From: Callorhinchus milii
Taxonomy: Eukaryota
DNA length: 64,000 bases
NCBI RefSeq assembly: GCF_018977255.1
Contig: NW_024704821.1
Span: 1-64,000, forward strand
Reading direction: 5' to 3'
A program made the position numbers and the translations under genes. The notes under the pieces are model-generated. The model was given only the letters and a program-made list of their open reading frames with translations. It was not told the origin of the DNA and searched no databases. Each line of letters begins with the position of its first letter. The first letter of the stretch is position 1. This document shows, piece by piece, positions 38,336 through 49,714 of the stretch.

Positions 38336-39562
38336 GTTTAGCGGTAAGCACAAATATGCATATTTTTCGAATGTTGGACCGCTTTGTCTACAATGTAATA
38401 ATGATAATAATTTGATTACTTAATCCACGACTGTGTATAGGAAGCGGCCTTTGTTTTTCGTTTTCGCCTAAAAAACAATCAATACCCTTTGCAGCATGTT
38501 CGGTGAAAAGTTTTGGGGAGTCTCGTTGACGTGATGAGACGCTGGGTAAAATGCAATGAATGTTATTTTTATTAAGTCCTTTCACGAAGGTCATTGGTTT
38601 TGAGCACTGAGATGATTCAGGGGGTGTGAGGAGAGAGCTGATCGCTAGTGGAATTGGAAGCTTGTGACTATTTTATGACTTGAACGATGGACTGGGAGGG
38701 AAAAGCAGTTTGGGACTGTGTGTTGAGGGAGAGTAGATATATTTGATCATGTTGGAGCCCACTTTATTCTTATAACCATAATAATTCTTGCATTTGATAC
38801 TCAACATTATCACGTCCCAAAGCCATTCAAAAATATACTGAAGAGTTGATCTATTTCATGTTGAGGTGGTAAAACGAATCAGCCAATTGTGCTCATCAGT
38901 GGCCCACAAACAGTCGTAGATTGAGTGACCGAATTAATATTTTAGTTATGTAATTATTGACATGTTTTAAAATAAACATGTAATTGTTTTATTTTAAGGG
39001 ATTATTGCCGCCGGTAAGTTAACCTCCAAACGAATAACATGAGTGTTCCTGTTCACTGGTAAATACACAAAGGCGAGTTTGGCTTAAGGAAACTTGACTA
39101 AGGTTTCTCGCCACACGAGAATTGGACTCAGATCATCTCACTAGCGAAACTTGTGTTTTGACCACTAAGTTAAAAGACTCACATTATTGCACGAATGAGG
39201 TATCTTCCTGACGTGAAAGCTGCTGTTTAACAGTCAGTTTTATTGTATTGTTAAATGTCGGCACCTATCGGCATTTCAGTAGAATGACAGTGTGTATTCG
39301 TGGTTTGAGTGACCAAATTATTACTATTATATAAGAACTTATTAACCCCAGAAACCAATACCTCCATCGACTAACAATCGTGTTCTTATTTACTGCTAAA
39401 CAAACTGAGGTGTGTGGAGTAAGGAAAGTTGCCCAATATTTTGCACGGCTGGGAATCAAACACAAGTCTATCGTTTGCGAGGCGAGTGCTCTAACCACTG
39501 AGCTGCAAGGCTCCACCTTGGGAGGTTTTTGTACAGGGAAGTCATTGACTTGCAGCACTGTG

Positions 39563-40473
39563 CTTGTTGTTAAGCCACAATAATATGTGGCAGCGTCAGT
39601 GACAATGACACTGGATATGCTTAATGTGGTTTTTCTCTGATTCGTGTCAAGCTGTGAAGTGAAACGACCTTTGGCGAAATCTGCTCTGTAGATATTTCCA
39701 TTTGTTGTCCTGTAGAGAATGTATTGGGGAGCGAGGCCTGGGTGATGTCTGTACCAGTACAGAGCAGCATAGGACGAGCTGGTGGTATATGAGCAGCTCA
39801 GACTCACTGTGTCTCCCTCTTGTTTGCTCAGCCCCGCTGTCTGCTCTCTGACTGTGTCTCCCACCACCACATCTGCAACGAGAGGAAAGGATAAAAATCT
39901 AACATAGAGCTATTGCAGTCCTGTAGTTCAGTGGTTTGTGCACTCGCCTCGCAAGCGTTCGGATCAGGGTTCAATTCCCGGGCAGGACAGGGAGAAACCT
40001 TAGGCAAGTTTCCTTAGTACACATAAACGCCTCTGTTTACCAATCAATAAGTAGGAACCCAGTTGTTGGAAGATTGGCGGAAGCTTCTCCTCGGATAATA
40101 ATGCATAAAAAATAAACGTGGTCACTCAATCCACCACTTTTTGTGGAAGTGTGATGTGCACAAATGAATGCCGCGTTTCCCTCACAACATATGCGGTCAG
40201 TTGACTTGTCCATGAATACTGAGACGCGTTTTGTGACGCCTTCATTATATTAAGGCGTTTTATCAAACATAAAAAATACTATTACCAGCTTTCCATTGCT
40301 AACATCTCAACTAACAAACCCAGCTCGGTTGACCAACCAGGTCTGCCAAACGCAATGACCCATCATCCTACTGATGAAAACGTCTCTATATCAATATTAA
40401 TCTGTACTGTATGTTTCACAGCCTCACCTGACATTAAGCTCAATGTGAGAAGGTATTCGATGAACAGCCACAA
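39563..40473 (-). pseudogene. Family Q V gene, intact V exon (39563-39872) but leader start ATG->TTG (leader 40428-40473)
   Basis: V exon open with C23/W41/C104 and a consensus 23-RSS (39556-39562; 39524-39532). Leader begins TTG TGG CTG where paralogs have ATG CG(G/A) CT(A/G), and there is an in-frame TGA just upstream. Confidence 0.75.
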
Positions 40474-41685
40474 TGCCGCTCTTCAGAAAGAAGACTTTGC
40501 TCTCAGAGTTTGATGATTGAATGTGTGTGTCGACGGTGAAGGGTTTCAACATCACATCCGTGACACGACAGCAGCGTTTCCTTGACACACTTACCCCGTG
40601 ACATTGTCAAGCCGCTAAATATGGGCGTTGGGCTACACTCATTTACATGCTGAATGATTTCAGAGCCACCACAAGATGATGTCAAAGCTGCTGTGGATAA
40701 AAGTTTGGTGAGGAAGGATCATACTAATCCTTGCATTTGATAAAGCGCCTTTGGACATCAATTACAACAATAAACAGCAATAAGTAACATGTTTGATATT
40801 GCTCGGACGTCCTTAGTCGCTGGACAGTGAATGTGTTTGCACTCGGGATTAGAAGGGGAGAGAAGATGGCGGGTGGAGGAGTGATGGTCACTGAAGACTC
40901 GGTTGAGAAGGATGCTCTTCAGACGCGCATTGAATGATGCAAAGGGGAACACAAACGTTTTAGTAGTTGTCATAGATCCTCTTCCAACTTTAGATGCAAC
41001 CACCAAACCTCAGCGACCTCCACAAACACTACACTCAATACGCTATGAATACCAAATCTACCAGGACCCTCAATTGGATCTGTCAGGATACAGCTAATCG
41101 TTTCGAGTCGTTCCGTGGGATATTTAGCACTCAACTGAACAGTCATGGATTGAATGACCAACACTGTTTTTGAAGGAATTATTATCCCCCCGGAAAAGCG
41201 ATAGGCCGATCGATTCACACCCGGGTTCTTTATTGCTGCGAGATAAACAGCGGTCTGTGTTTGGAGTAAGGCAACTTGCCTAAGGTTTCACCAGGCCCAG
41301 AATTGAACCAGGGTCCTCCAGTTTGTCAGACGATTGCTGTTCCCACTCCGCCACACGGCTCCATGTAAATTAAGCAAAAGAAACATGATTTGCTTTTATT
41401 TTCTTTGCAAACTGAAGTAAACTAACAACAACTGGGCCTGTAACGCCTAACTAGTTCACTAACGGTTGTCTGCATTTGCTGTGACAGATAATGTTGTGAA
41501 AGTTTAGCTGACAAGTTGATGTCAGGTGAATGTGGTTTCCTTTGAGTCTGGAGACTGAAATGTCTGCTCACCGCAGGGCCTCAAGGCCTGACCAAGTTTC
41601 CGCACACACTTCAACCGACAGATCATACCTGTATAAAAGTGAAGATAGTTTTTGTCCGAGACTTGCAGGGCTGTCAATCACTGTG

Positions 41686-41968
41686 GTGAGACTCAAAGCA
41701 CAGTGATACACAGCGCTATCAGACACCACCAGCACAGACATAGAGAAACTGGTGGATGAATTGGATTCCCGTAGCTGAGCAGAGAAACGATTTTCAGTTC
41801 CTGTTCCTTGGTATTGTTTGTCAACCCCAGAATAGCTCGCAACGAAAAACTCTGGCTGCTTGTCTGGGTAATGTCGGTACAAGTAGAGATGGTGATACCT
41901 ATCAGTTTCTCCTTCTGTCCTAACCATCGGGGCAGCATTCTGACTAACAGAGGCCCCGTCAGAGTGAT
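41686..41968 (-). pseudogene. Family Z V pseudogene with 30-nt deletion removing Cys23
   Basis: Near-identical to 25412-25724, but EGET|DRY lacks VSFQCTYSTT. Trp41->Leu. Intact 23-RSS (41679-41685; 41647-41655). No leader found upstream. Confidence 0.85.
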
Positions 41969-43424
41969 CTGTAATAAACATGGAAATGTACGACAATTTA
42001 TTATTCACTCTTTGCCTGAGTTGTTTTTTCATCGCCTGGGGACGTCCTCCCAACGAGAAAGGCGCTATAGAAACGCGCATTGTGAGTAGTGAAGTAACAT
42101 TAATTTTAAATTTTCATTTTAAATAACATCTGAGGTTGTCATTGATACGCATTAACGTGCTTCACAGAAGAAATTGTGAAGCGGAGTGCTCTGTATTTTT
42201 GCGGGCCAAAAGCGGCAAACAATAATGCATAGCAGGAACCCAAGAAGAGTCGTGGAGGGTGTAACAAACTACAACTTGAAAAAAATGTAACGTATTATTG
42301 CCCCTGAAAAAGAGATGCGCCAAAGCTCTAAAAACATTTGAGTAGAGAAATGAGAGAGAGCCACAGTCTCACGTCACCTCATTGGCATCTCAGCCGCGTT
42401 TCAAAAATGCCAACCAATTACCTATGTACATTGCCTTTCACCTGTCACTGGGTGTTAAAGAATCCTCCCACTCAGCTCTTGTTAAGTCGGCAAGATAAAG
42501 TACTAACGAGAAAGAAGATGATAGCTGGACAAACAGCGGTAAAGCTTACCAGTCAGAGATGTCAATTGCAAACTATGTAGTTTTAACTAATTGGACTCCA
42601 GTAGATAGCCATCGCACACTCAGAGATCCCCAATCCTTGGCTCTTGCCACCCACCAAATAATATTCTCCGGAATTAGTGAAGCAGGATGTGTCCTTCCAG
42701 GCAGAGAGAGGGCATTCCATTCCGAGAACCAATCTCTGACATTTCCAAGTACAGGTAGGATAAATGGAAATCTCATCTTGGTTTGGAGACTGTTAAACAT
42801 GTTGAATTTTATAGGCATTTGTTGACCTCCCCAAAGGAAAACACTTAAAAATTGTGCAATGTCACCATTTTAGTTGACAAAAAGCTTTAGCATCATGACT
42901 TGGTAAATAATAGTAACTTGTCGCCCTCCAGTTGCCACAGGGCCATAGTTCAACTCTGCTTTCATATTCAATGCCAAACTTGAAGTAAAGCAATGATTGT
43001 AGTAATAATGTGTTGTGGTTCCCAGTGGCTTATATCACCTGAGGCTCAGAGTACAGTAACACACCACGCTGCCAGTCACTGTGAGGCCACGGATACTGAA
43101 GCACCACAGACTCCCACACACTAAATCCTCGGCTCACAATTATGTTGAGCTGTTCTGAGCCCAAAGGTCAATTTGTCAGTGTAATAGTTCACATTGCAAT
43201 ACTGAATATTGCCACTGGCAATAATGGCTCACTTAATTTTTTCCTTCATGGGCTGACAGCCAGGATCCTACGTGATGTCCAATATTTTGCCCTGGCAGGA
43301 ATCGAACCCGGGTCTTTTTAAAGCGAAGGCTTTAAAAACCGAGTTGCATGACTCCACTAATAAAAGCTATGCAACCAATGTTGATATTTGACTGAAACGT
43401 TGCCTATCTGCTCTAAATGATTAC

Positions 43425-43470
43425 CTATCAGGAAAGCAGCGAGCGTCACCCAGAACATAGAGTCCACCAT
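43425..43470 (-). pseudogene. Orphan family X leader exon (V exon deleted)
   Basis: MVDSMFWVTLAAFLI|gtaatc in the same promoter context as 8658-8703 and 31103-31148, but no V exon follows downstream. Confidence 0.7.
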
Positions 43471-44795
43471 CGTCTGAGCTTTATCTGCAGATGCCCATTG
43501 ATCACCTGTAAGATATTTGAGGTGATTGGCACCAGTCCACAGAGTTATGACGTGTGATTTCATTTACACCGTCCAATAGGTTAAGTGTAAAACATCCACC
43601 AGATCAGAAACAAAGTCCAATAAATTATTTTTATTTGATTAGAAACATACAACCATAGGTTCCTGGAATATAACATAACAGATGGAGGCCATTCTGCCCA
43701 TCGAAACAGTGCTATGCCATGAAAGATTTAATAATTCCTTGCATAAAGGTGAAAATGAAAATTGCAAACTTAGTCTGTGACTGTTTGTTGAACACCGCTT
43801 TGCGAAATTGCCTGCCGCACTTCCACAATATACAGACAATTCACTTTATAGTGTATTCCGTGAAGCATTTTAAGACGCCGTGATTGATAAAGCGCTATAT
43901 CAAGTGCAAGCATTATTTAATTATTAAATATATTGATATTCAATTTCTATTTTAGACTTGACTTTCAGGTTTGACCCGTGAAGTTGATGTGAAAGAGCTA
44001 AGCAATCGGACTTACTTATTATTTCCCAATAGGTCAGTATTTGTTTTTCCTATGTAAGTACCTGTCCAATTCCCCTTTGAAAGCTATTATCGAATGTGGT
44101 TCCATCAAACATTCATAACATTGCACTCTGAAGACTAACACGTTTCCGAGTTCAACAATGTCGCCTCATCTCTCCTCCAGATATTTTGGCAATTATCTTC
44201 AATCTGCAAAACAAAGTCAGGAGCTGTACACGTTTTATATGTAAACGAAGTGTGACACGCGCTATCCGTTAAGAGGTTGGACTGAAAGTCAATACACGTT
44301 TAAGTCATGCTCCAATCATAAAATATTAATGTCAAAAAACATGTCCCTGAAGTTGGTGCAGTTAAACTTCACTGACACCAAAGATCTGAAACTATGTGGT
44401 CAAAAGTGCAAAAATACTGAGAAAGTGGGAAATCTCAGATTGTTACGCATGATATAATGTGAAGAATCGTGACTGTAGCTTTAAGTAAACTTACAATCAA
44501 TTAACTTCAGAGGGTATCCTGTAAAGCGCTTTGAGAAGCCTGGAACACCTGATAAGAGGCAATATTAAATGTAAGGATATTTATTATTTATTTTATTCTT
44601 TCCCTACATGAACCACTCCATCACATTTTGCTTTTGGTTGGCAGTTAGTCATGTGTTTACTATGAGAGACACAGTAGCAAGGAACAAACTCTCAAGTAGG
44701 TCAACCGTCAGGAAAAACATCTGTGCTGAGATGAAACCCTTTCTCTCCTCTTTGGAAGATTTGGTACAGTGGTGTAGCCTGACAGCAACACTGTG

Positions 44796-45063
44796 TGTGA
44801 TATGGCAGGGTAATGGTTGGTATTAGATAGAGCCATGGGGAAAATAGACACATTGGATCTCTTCCTCCTCGTGTCCAGATTTGACGTGAAAATTTGAGTT
44901 GCAACTTCAGCACAGAAAGTGTCCCCATCATAAACATATCTCCGCGTGTACAGATGATGCTCCCCTGGATACTGACTCTATCAGAACATTAAAACATTGT
45001 TGAAATCAGCAGATTAGGTGCAGCTCAGAGTTACAATCTGACCTTCAGTAACAGACACTTCCA
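44796..45063 (-). pseudogene. Family Y V pseudogene, 5'-truncated
   Basis: Family Y homology from the RSS (cactgtg 44789-44795) to ~45063. Acceptor region missing; stop codons present. Confidence 0.7.
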
Positions 45064-46032
45064 ATATGATTTGGAATAAATGATTATCGAGAATTTATCT
45101 GTTGTAAGCTACATAACATTAATCATTGCATTTGATGGAGTCAATGTGTGTTTCCTGCAGGAGCGCACAGCAGTGTAACATGAACAGTCGTGTATTGAGG
45201 GACCAAACTATTTCTACTTAACCTATAAGGGAAAATCTCTCTGTTAAACGCAAGGATTAATCAGTAATAATACTAACTGGTTTAATGCAGGAGTTACTGT
45301 CTCGGAAAATGATCCGACAGTCGACTAACAAACGCGTTCGTACTCACAGCTAAGAAAGCAGAAGTGTTTGTGGATTGACGACACTTGCCCAACATTTCTC
45401 CCAGCCTGGGATTCGAACCCAGGTCCTCTCGCTTGCGAATCGAGTTATCTAACCACTGAGACACTGGACTCCACTGACAGTAAAATATCACTTAACGGAT
45501 TCTCCTTGTGAATATAAGTGACATATGTTCTTTAATTATTGACACTAGGTTCATATTATTATTTTGCTGACCATAATCCTAAAGAACTTTGATGTTACTC
45601 TCTCACTCTAAAAAAGAAACTGTTGGTTGCGACGATTTTACTACGAAATACAATGAAATTTACATCGTCATTTCTGAAGCGCTTTTTGACGTCTCAATTA
45701 AGTGATACGCCACAACATCAAGCACAAGGACTATCACATTTTTATTAGGTTTTTATTACCGTAATTATTAACATCTGTAACTCACTAATTATCCAAATTC
45801 CGACAAATGTTTATCACAGTGTAATATCTGTTGGTGAAAAAAAAACAAATATTCAGCGAGTGAAGTATCACATATTTTAAGTGACTTAATATGAGCTCAA
45901 TCAGTTAAAAGCCATGGTGGCAGTTTGGAAAAGATTTGTTACACTGTCTGTCACTAACTGTACTGTACTGTTTCCAGCTTTGGTTGTGATGAGGGTTATT
46001 GTACGAGGCTTCCTATGATGTGTGTCACTGTG

Positions 46033-46334
46033 GTGCAGACTGAGTGCACAGTGATACAGAGCGGAGTCTGTCAGCCGCAGGCCGGCGATGGTTAAAACGC
46101 AGATTTTCTTGGCAGTGTCAAGATAAGCAAAAATATTATTTCTTGTAGGATTTCCTCCCTCTCCTGAGGGTTTTGTGTGGAGCAGGTATTCCAGTGCCTC
46201 GCCAGGGGACTGACGGTACCAGGAGACACTGAAATCCTGTCCGCAGATTCCTGAATATTGGCAATGTACATTTATCCTCTCACCAGCAATCGCGGTTTGT
46301 TCAGGCGGTGACTGGGAAACTGTATAACTCTTTC
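46033..46334 (-). CDS. Supporting TCR-delta V of cassette 3 (no functional leader found, CDR1 Cys), intact
   Basis: KSYTVSQSPPEQTAIAGERINVHCQYSGICGQDFSVSWYRQSPGEALEYLLHTKPSGEGGNPTRNNIFAYLDTAKKICVLTIAGLRLTDSALYHCALSLH. RSS CACAGTG (46026-46032), 23 nt, ACAATAACC (45994-46002). Confidence 0.88.
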
Positions 46335-47319
46335 CTGCAGAATGCACATTACAGGTTAGTTAGAGTCATGGAATTATGGAAAGTTACACCATAGAAGAGG
46401 CAATTCGGCTTTGTAAATAGCTGCACAACCGATCCCATTCCACCGACCTTTTCACATAATCCTCTATATTTTTCGCCTTCTGAAATTTATTTTCGAATCT
46501 GCTTCCAGCACACTTTCAGAGTGTGCAAATAAATCCTCATTATCTACACTCGTGTTCTTTTATCTTACAATTAGGTTCTCTAATTACCGATCCACTGGCG
46601 AGTGGAAACATTTTACATTTTACCGTTGCTGCTCTATCAAAACCCTTCACAAATGTGAAAATTTCAATTAAATCTCTTGTCAAACTTCAAAGCTCTGAGG
46701 AGAAAATTGTCAGACACTCGTCCCTTCTATATAAATGAAGTCCCTCTGCTCAGAAATTGTTCTGCTAACTATCCTTCACCCTGTCCAAGGCCTTGAGACT
46801 TTTTCGAATGTGTTTTGAAAGGCGTTAAATTGAAGGTAATAATTAATGTTACATCAATGGTAGAAAGAGCAGGAATCGGTTAAAGTAGAGAACTCCTGTA
46901 GCTGAGCCAGATTTTAGCGCAGCCAGTATCCTTGCGGCAATTTCTGTGACATAATTTATCTGATTTCTGAGAAATTCACCATTTAATTCAGATTTCTTTG
47001 TCTAGTCTTATACCTGTTTGCTGTATCGGATTGCCCACATTGAGGCTCTGGGTCTCTGTGATCATGGGAATGTTAAGCAGAGAACCAGGTGTCAGTTTGT
47101 ACCGTTAATTCAGTGGGTTTACAGTTGTAGCAAATGGAAAGTTTCCCTTCTGTAAATGTCGTTACTGTAACATCGCTGCTAGAGGAGGTTTGGACTATAA
47201 CATCGCTGCTGGAGGAGGTTTCGACTATAACATCGCTGCTGGAGGAGGTTTGTTCTCTGGTTTGTTGCCAATATCAGTTTCTCTCAGTCTGTGAGCCGCT
47301 CAATGCACTTTCACTTGAG

Positions 47320-47472
47320 NNNNNNNNNNNNNNNNNNNNNNNNNNNNNNNNNNNNNNNNNNNNNNNNNNNNNNNNNNNNNNNNNNNNNNNNNNNNNNNNN
47401 NNNNNNNNNNNNNNNNNNNNNNNNNNNNNNNNNNNNNNNNNNNNNNNNNNNNNNNNNNNNNNNNNNNNNNNN
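47320..47472. other. Assembly gap (153 N)
   Basis: Run of N at the cassette 3 microsatellite position. Confidence 1.
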
Positions 47473-48202
47473 TCGTTTAATCATTCAATATTTCTTCTCG
47501 TGTTACTTTCTTGCTTGCAAATCTTTTTTCACGCTTGTTTTTCTTTTCTTGTTTTTTGTTTGCTTGTATATTTGTTTGGTTCTTTCTTTCATTCTTTCCT
47601 CTGTTCAATCTTTCCTCAACTTTGATATGTTTCATTTTGTCAAACAGAATATTTCTCGTTATGCTTGTGTATCTATTTGCCTGTACCAACAGATATTGCA
47701 GAGATCAAACCAGGATAAATGGAGAGAGGAATGTGAGCTCATATTTCAGAATATTGACCGAAATTCAACACTGCGGTTTGTTGGAAGGAGCAATTTATAC
47801 AATATTTCACAATGGAACGTAACCATTTTCAATTGTACACTGTTCGCAACATTATAGGATGATGGGAATTTCCAATATGTCCTTTAACTCAAAATACGTG
47901 GCTCAAATAAATTACCCTAATTTCGTTCAACATTTCCTCTGGACTTGTTCCTTTGGAAACACTTCCCAGATTAATTCAGTGAATTTACAAAACACAACAT
48001 AAAAGCTGGTTATTTGCGAAACAAGTTTCGGAGCTCATTAATCGTTTCCACAACAAATTGTTTTTCATAATCGGTCAAGTGGTTTCTTGAAATGGCTCAG
48101 TTGTATATATTTGGGAGCAATGACTTCGAATAAAGCATTTTACTAATTCCTGTGAATAAAATTGATGTGAACTGCAAATTTGCAGATGTATTTCTCATTT
48201 AC

Positions 48203-48295
48203 TTTTCGTTACGGTTACTTTGGTTGGTGATCCATCTTCGGTATATTCTTTAAACCCACAGTCACACAGCTCTCAATCTACAAGGTACAAAAACT
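48203..48295 (-). other. NAR-TCR cassette 3 J segment (coding 48203-48256) with 23-RSS
   Basis: Encodes FKEYTEDGSPTKVTVTK + GTAAAT donor. Heptamer cacagtc 48257-48263, 23 nt, acaaaaact 48287-48295. Confidence 0.87.
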
Positions 48296-48608
48296 GTGCA
48301 ATCAGTTCATGGTGTAATGCAGTCACCAATAACATGATTTGATTTCAAATTGGTCATTAATTGCTATCACTCCAACACTGTCCCATCTTCAAATATTTTG
48401 TGCTTCCAAATCATGTTTAATTTCGAAACTATTTCTACCCAAACACAGACAAAGTGCACGGCAATAAGAACATTTTTCTGTAAAGCTCCAGCAAACATCT
48501 GCTTGGAGTAATATATTTCGAAAGCAAAATTTCGACACATTGAACAACGCAGAATAGGACACCATCATCAGTGACACACCCGATGCATTTACAAGTCAAT
48601 ACCTGTAC

Positions 48609-48677
48609 GGTATTTGTGCTGATGTTTCCAGTGTGCCTTCCCCAGCCAACACATTGTTTACCCTCAACACAAAAAGC
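48609..48677 (-). other. NAR-TCR cassette 3 D segment (48636-48649, TTGGCTGGGGAAGG), RSS 12 / 11
   Basis: + strand cacattg 48650-48656, 12 nt, acaaaaagc 48669-48677. Other side cagtgtg 48629-48635, 11 nt, ggtatttgt 48609-48617. Confidence 0.85.
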
Positions 48678-49040
48678 AATGGTTTGAGGAAACAATTAAA
48701 ATGTTTCCTGCCATTTAAAAATGATCAATCAGTGATATAACTGTAAAGTTCCTTAGTATATTTTCCATGGAGGTCTTTGCATTCTGTCTGTCTTTGCAAT
48801 AAATTGCTAGTTACATGAATCCAAGTAAAGCTATTACGTCAGATTCATACTCACTCACTTTTCCTAAATATTCTTAAACAACAGTCGTTTCCTGAAGGAA
48901 GTGCTATTACACATCATTGTGCATCACATACCAGTGAGGAATGTGTATTGAAACATTGAGTAGTTCACATTCTCTGTGATTTTCCTGTGAGTTGGTGAAG
49001 GGGTTTTTTGTATTGTCGGAAGCCCAGATACAGCATTGTG

Positions 49041-49714
49041 GTATACACCTATCGAGCTGAACATCTGTAGTCAGCGCTGTCTTCAACTTTCAAATCATTA
49101 ATTTCCAGAGAAGACGACTTCGATCCCGTGTCTGTCCTAACAACAAACCTTCCTTCACGAGGGATGGGATTCCAGTTTGTCCCCTTTCCAAATTGCATAA
49201 AAAATTCCATGTTCATGAATCTATCATGGGACCCTGCTTCAAAGATACAGCTGATGGTCAAAGCCTCGCATTCTTCTTTCCTAAGAGTGGATGGCGTCTG
49301 CTTTACTGCGGCACTGAAAACATCTGAAAATTATACACAACATAACATCAGTTAAAAAGCACTTTATTACTCACCGCTTCTATGAAAATTATATGAAAAG
49401 CTTTGGCTTGAGTTTGATTTATGCCAATTAACATAATTTAATTATGATAAAATATCATTATAATATCAATTGTTATAAATCATTTAATATATGATATAAT
49501 TATCATAATATAAATAATAGCAATTCGCTGTTGCATTCCTTAAAACGTCTGATCGAAGTGATAAAGCAATATATCAATGCAAGGATTATTATTATGATGA
49601 TTGTATCGCTCATTGTTTCGAAGAAATTCACTTGTGCTGTGTCGTGTTGTGTTTTCGAAACAAGCACTTACATTGTAAGAAGAGGAATGAGATGGAGACA
49701 CAGAGGAGGGACAT
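49041..49714 (-). CDS. NAR-TCR cassette 3 IgNAR-like V (leader 49672-49714, V exon 49041-49323); framework intact, stop codon in the last 11 nt before the RSS
   Basis: Leader MSLLCVSISFLFLQ. V YVFSAAVKQTPSTLRKEECEALTISCIFEAGSHDRFMNMEFFMQFGKGTNWNPIPREGRFVVRTDTGSKSSSLEINDLKVEDSADYRCSAR*VY. RSS CACAATG (49034-49040), 22 nt, ACAAAAAAC (49003-49011). Functional only if the stop is trimmed off. Confidence 0.75.
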
